Origin: Macrostomum lignano
Taxonomy: Eukaryota
Reading direction: 5' to 3'
DNA: 64,000 bases
Assembly (NCBI GenBank): GCA_002269645.1
Contig: NIVC01001178.1
Location: forward strand, 1-64,000
A program made the position numbers and the translations under genes. Shown here piece by piece: positions 60,267 through 64,000 of this stretch (positions are counted from its first letter, which is position 1; every line of letters begins with the position of its first letter). Under the pieces are notes generated by a model. It saw nothing but the letters and a program-made list of their open reading frames with translations, was not told where the DNA came from and did not search any database.

Positions 60267-60708
60267 CCGTGACAAGAATCGCTAAAAGGTCATTGCAAAC
60301 AACTTAGTAGTGACTCTGGCGACTCTGGGCGACTCTGGTGACTTTTTAGTGACTCAAACGATTTGTAATGCGATGGAGAGGTGACTGCTGAGTCACGAGC
60401 GCGTCACGTGAGTTGCAGAATCGTAAGAGTCGCGAAAAAGTCGTTTAAGAGTTTTTGTGTTAGAGCTTAACTGTCTACTCAAGTAGACTACATCGATCGA
60501 GTTTCTAAAAGTGCAAAATGCGATTCTAATTAATGACGCAAATGCGCTTTAGCCGCAACTCAGAGTCGCATGAGAGTCGTTTCAAACTGACTTTTAGATG
60601 ACTTTTACCGTGACATCTTGTCCTTTTAGTTAGAGTCAGTTAATTCGTTTTTTTTCCATTTTACCTATGGTACCTGCAACGACTCTGATGGCTACCGTTT
60701 TCATCGGG
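60267..60708. mobile_element. Second copy (inverted, shorter) of the GACTC-rich DNA element at 5404-6223
   Basis: Ends CCGTGACAAGAATCGC and TACCGTTTTCATCGGG match 5404-6223 in reverse complement. Confidence 0.6.
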
Positions 60709-61681
60709 TACCTTCTGGACTAAGCAATCATAATCAAAGTTCTGTTTAAAAATCCAACGAGCTGATCAAACGGAGCTCGTCTTAGTATTCGTTTTAAATG
60801 TGCCTAATGCTTTCAGTTCCAACTCGTGGCTCTGTATTGGTCTGTATTTGCACCCGTAGCTCTGTCCTGTAACCGAGAACTGTGCATTTTATTGAAAGAA
60901 ATATTGAATTTTATATACGCTAATAGGGTTGTGTTTCATCGCTGTTCATAGTAGGTTGATGTACAATCTTTTACTTGATAACTAAGTAAACTTCTAAGCG
61001 TTCTATTATATGTACTTTGGTCTCTGAAAATTTTGTCAATTTATTTGAATTTGTTATTATGACTAATTGATGCCATTGATTATGACTTTAGCTTGTAGGA
61101 AAAAAAAACGTAAAGAGTGCGTTAAAATTGAGTTTAATAGAAACAAAAGCCAAAAAAGACCGAGAAAGTCAACAGCCCCAACTTTTTCAGGTAGTTAAAA
61201 ATGAAAGATACAGGTATAGAACACTTTTTTGCATTTCCGTTACTCTAGGAAGTCTAGCTGCATGTAACTACTTACTTCAGTAGCTAAAAAGGACTTTTTG
61301 TCACTTTTTCAACATTTTTACCGTAAAAACTATAAGGCTGAATTAAAATGTTACATAGAACATGTAAAAAAACTTCTGACCTACCTATGAAAATTTTGAG
61401 CACTCATTTTGAATGGAAGCTGGCGAAGAAAAAGTCAAAAAAACTGCATAGAAGTGACACCGATGGAAGCCAAAGCTTAAAAAAATTCACGATCCATAAT
61501 CTGCTTTTTGTATAAAGTGTACTTTGAATAAAATTCACAAATGGCTACTTATCAAAGTAGCCATACAATAGCGTGAGCTTTCGTTTTACCGAGACTTCAG
61601 TTAGTTAACAAACTATGGAAATTTCCAAAAATTTAAATGAAGTAAGCAAATGATTTCCTAAACCGTAACTTTTTAAGAACT

Positions 61682-62105
61682 GTCTAGTTTGTGAAGGGTC
61701 TAGTCTGTAAAAGGTCTAGTTTGTGAAGGGTCTAGTCTGTGAAGGGTCTAGTCTGTGAAGGGTCTAGTTTGTGAAGGGTCTAGTCTGTAAAATGCCTAGT
61801 TTGTGAAGGTCTAGTCTGTGAAGGGTATAGTTTGTGAAGGGTCTAGTCTGTAAAATGCCTAGTTTGTGAAGGTCTAGTCTGTGAAGGGTATAGTTTGTGA
61901 AGGGTCTAGTCTGTGAAGGGTATAGTTTGTGAAGGGTCTAGTTTGTGAAGGGTCTAGTTTGTGAAGGGTCTAGTCTGTCAAGGGTCTAGTCTGTGAATGG
62001 TCTAGTTTGTGAAGGGTCTAGTTTGTGAAGGGTCTAGTTTGTGAAGGGTCTAGTTTGTGAAGGGTCTAGTTTGTGAAAGGTCTAATTTGTGAAGGGTCTA
62101 GTTTG
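61682..62105. repeat. 16-bp minisatellite TGTGAAGGGTCTAGT(T/C)
   Basis: Tandem array 3' of the C2-domain gene. Confidence 0.92.
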
Positions 62106-62166
62106 TAAATTGTTCAGGTTGTGAACTGCATAGTTTGTTAAGCTCGAAAACAACAAATAACAGTTC

Positions 62167-63876
62167 TCAATTGCTAGGCGGATTGAGCTTCAATTTCCAC
62201 AACCTGCCGGTGCTTCTGCTGCCCTCGGACTCCAGCACGCCCCACACCTGCCGACAGTCCTCTCTCTGGCTTAGCCGGCTCAACTCCACCCAGCCAACCT
62301 GCCAACTCTTTCCCCGCCTGTTCACCAGCTTCACTATCACGCGAATAGCGGCGTCCTTGATGCTGGTGTCAGCTGGCAGGGAAAACGTGACCCTGTGCCG
62401 CCACTTTATCCGGATGGAGCCTCTGAGCTCCCCCGGAGTGTCCTGAGTCTTGCTGGTCTCTCTACGTCGATCTCGAATCAGCAGCACAGCTTTGGCTCGA
62501 AATGTCAGCCGCTGTTTCGAATGGCCGCCCTGGAAGACCGGCGGGACCGGCATCTTGCTGCAGTGGATTAGCCGGAGCCGGATTAGCCCGCGACCAGATC
62601 GGGCTAGCAGGTATCTGAGACCGAACTTGATGCTGCCATGGGTTAGCTGCTTGGCTGGATCGAACACCTGGATTTGCGTGTTGGATAATCCTGTGTTATG
62701 TATACTGTTGGGGTGTATATCCCTCGAAGAGAATCCCTGGAGATGAAAGTTGGGGAATCCTTTGCGAGAGTAGCTGGGGAATCCCTCGCGATATTAGTTG
62801 TGTGGAATCCCTTGCGATGGTAGTTGGGGAATCCCTTGCGATAGTACTTGGGGAATCCCTTGCGATAGTAGTTAGGGAATCCCTTGCAATAGTAGTTAAG
62901 GAATCCCTTGCGATAGTAGTTAGGGAATCCCTTGCGATAGTAGTTGGGGAATCCCTTGCGATAGTACTTGGGGAATCCCTTACGATAGTAGCTAGGGAAT
63001 CCCTTGCGATAGTAGCCAGGGAATCCCTTGCGATAGTACTTGGGGAATCCCTTACGATAGTAGCTAGGGAATCCCTTGCGATAGTACTTGGGGAATCCCT
63101 TGCGATAGTAGTTAGGGAATCTCTCTCGATAGTAGATGGGAAATTCCTTGCGATAGAAGTTCGGAAATCCCTCGCAATTTAAGCTACAGAATTCCTCGCT
63201 GTAGTCGTTAGGGAATCCCTTGTTATAGTAGTTGGGGAATCCCTTGCGATAGTTGGGGAATCCCTTGCGATAGCTGGAGAATCCCTTGCGATAGTTTGGG
63301 AATCCCTCGCGATGGTAGACGAAAAATCCATCGCAATAATAGTTAGGGAATTCCTCGAGAGTGAAGTTGTGAAATCCCTCGCCATAGAAATTCGGAAATC
63401 CCTCATGATAATAGTTGGGGATCCCCCAACATAAGCTATTGGCACCTGCAAGCTTTTCCACATGGTCAGGCCGTACTGCAGCTCTCGCTGATCAAACTTG
63501 GACAGCAGCAAGACAGTCTCTCCCAGCGTGGACCGAAATCCGGTCGACTGCTCAACGTTGAGCACTCGAAAACGCAGTCGACTCGACCGGATATTGCCCG
63601 GCGGAAAGTTCTCAACTAGAAAGGTTTGCATCCACACTGGCTGGTTGCTACCCGGAACACAGCGAGTCTCAGCTGCCGGCAGGGCCTCTTCATTGTTGTC
63701 CGAGTTGAAGAAGATCTCACAGATCGGGTTGGACTCCACAGGGAAAGCGTCGGCGTGAGTCACCTGCTGTTGCGTCAGCAGCTGCTCCGCGCGCACCACG
63801 TGTAGGACCAGACGCTGGGCCGGCTCGTCGTATTGAACGCCTAGCAACAAACGCCCGTGCGAGCTGCTGCGCTCCT
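62167..63876 (-). CDS. Tandem C2-domain (synaptotagmin-like) protein, last two exons 63446-63876 and 62167-62667; 5' part lies outside the window
   Basis: C2A: GRLLLGVQYD...LVLHVVRAEQL...PVWMQTF...LGE. C2B: GSIKFGLRY...VGWVEL...W. In-frame CAG|GTG junction. The calcium-binding Asp residues are not evident. Confidence 0.75.
62740..63425. repeat. 24-bp minisatellite GGGAATCCCTTGCGATAGTAGTT(A/G)
   Basis: Fills the C2-gene intron; it produces the spurious repetitive ORFs 62643-63461 and 62802-63182. Confidence 0.92.
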
Positions 63877-64000
63877 CTGCAAGATGGTGGCGTGGAGGAT
63901 CACGCGTAAGCGCGCATGAAACAAGCGCGCAAAAAGCAAGCGTGCAAGAAACAGACGCGCAAAAAATAGACGCGCAAAAAAACTGACGCGCAAGAAACAG

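Noticed and set aside
62643-63461. 272-aa YYRKGFP repeat ORF resembling an adhesive or eggshell protein
   Set aside because: It lies wholly within a GT-AG intron whose removal joins C2A and C2B in frame; it is a 24-bp repeat translation.

Overview
Eukaryotic (metazoan) genomic DNA. It has GC-rich spliced exons, AT-rich intergenic DNA and a different minisatellite in almost every intron. This style resembles the flatworm Macrostomum lignano, which is an inference only. Genes reconstructed by hand from the splice sites: an intronless B-box-like/beta-propeller ORF (-), AKAP17A (-), a 9-exon cyclic-nucleotide-binding protein (CNBD2-like, -), a tetraspanin (+), BHMT copy 1 (-), DMGDH (+), BHMT copy 2 (-, one apparent 1-bp frameshift), a lone extra BHMT exon 1 (-), an SCP-like EF-hand protein (-), an orphan ORF (+) and a tandem-C2 synaptotagmin-like gene (-, runs off the window). 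Mobile DNA: two tRNA-derived SINE families (one CORE-type), five hAT-type non-autonomous elements with 8-bp TSDs, a Ty3/Gypsy pol relic and a stand-alone integrase C-terminal fragment. The standout is a glycine-betaine catabolism cluster, BHMT <- DMGDH -> <- BHMT <- BHMT exon 1. It matches the vertebrate DMGDH-BHMT linkage. It also carries an identical 18-bp CP2/Grainyhead-type palindrome upstream of DMGDH and of the extra BHMT exon, a possible alternative first exon, a BHMT paralogue with altered active-site residues, and repeat-filled introns that one paralogue has and the other lacks. Coordinates were read by eye; repeat and element boundaries are approximate.
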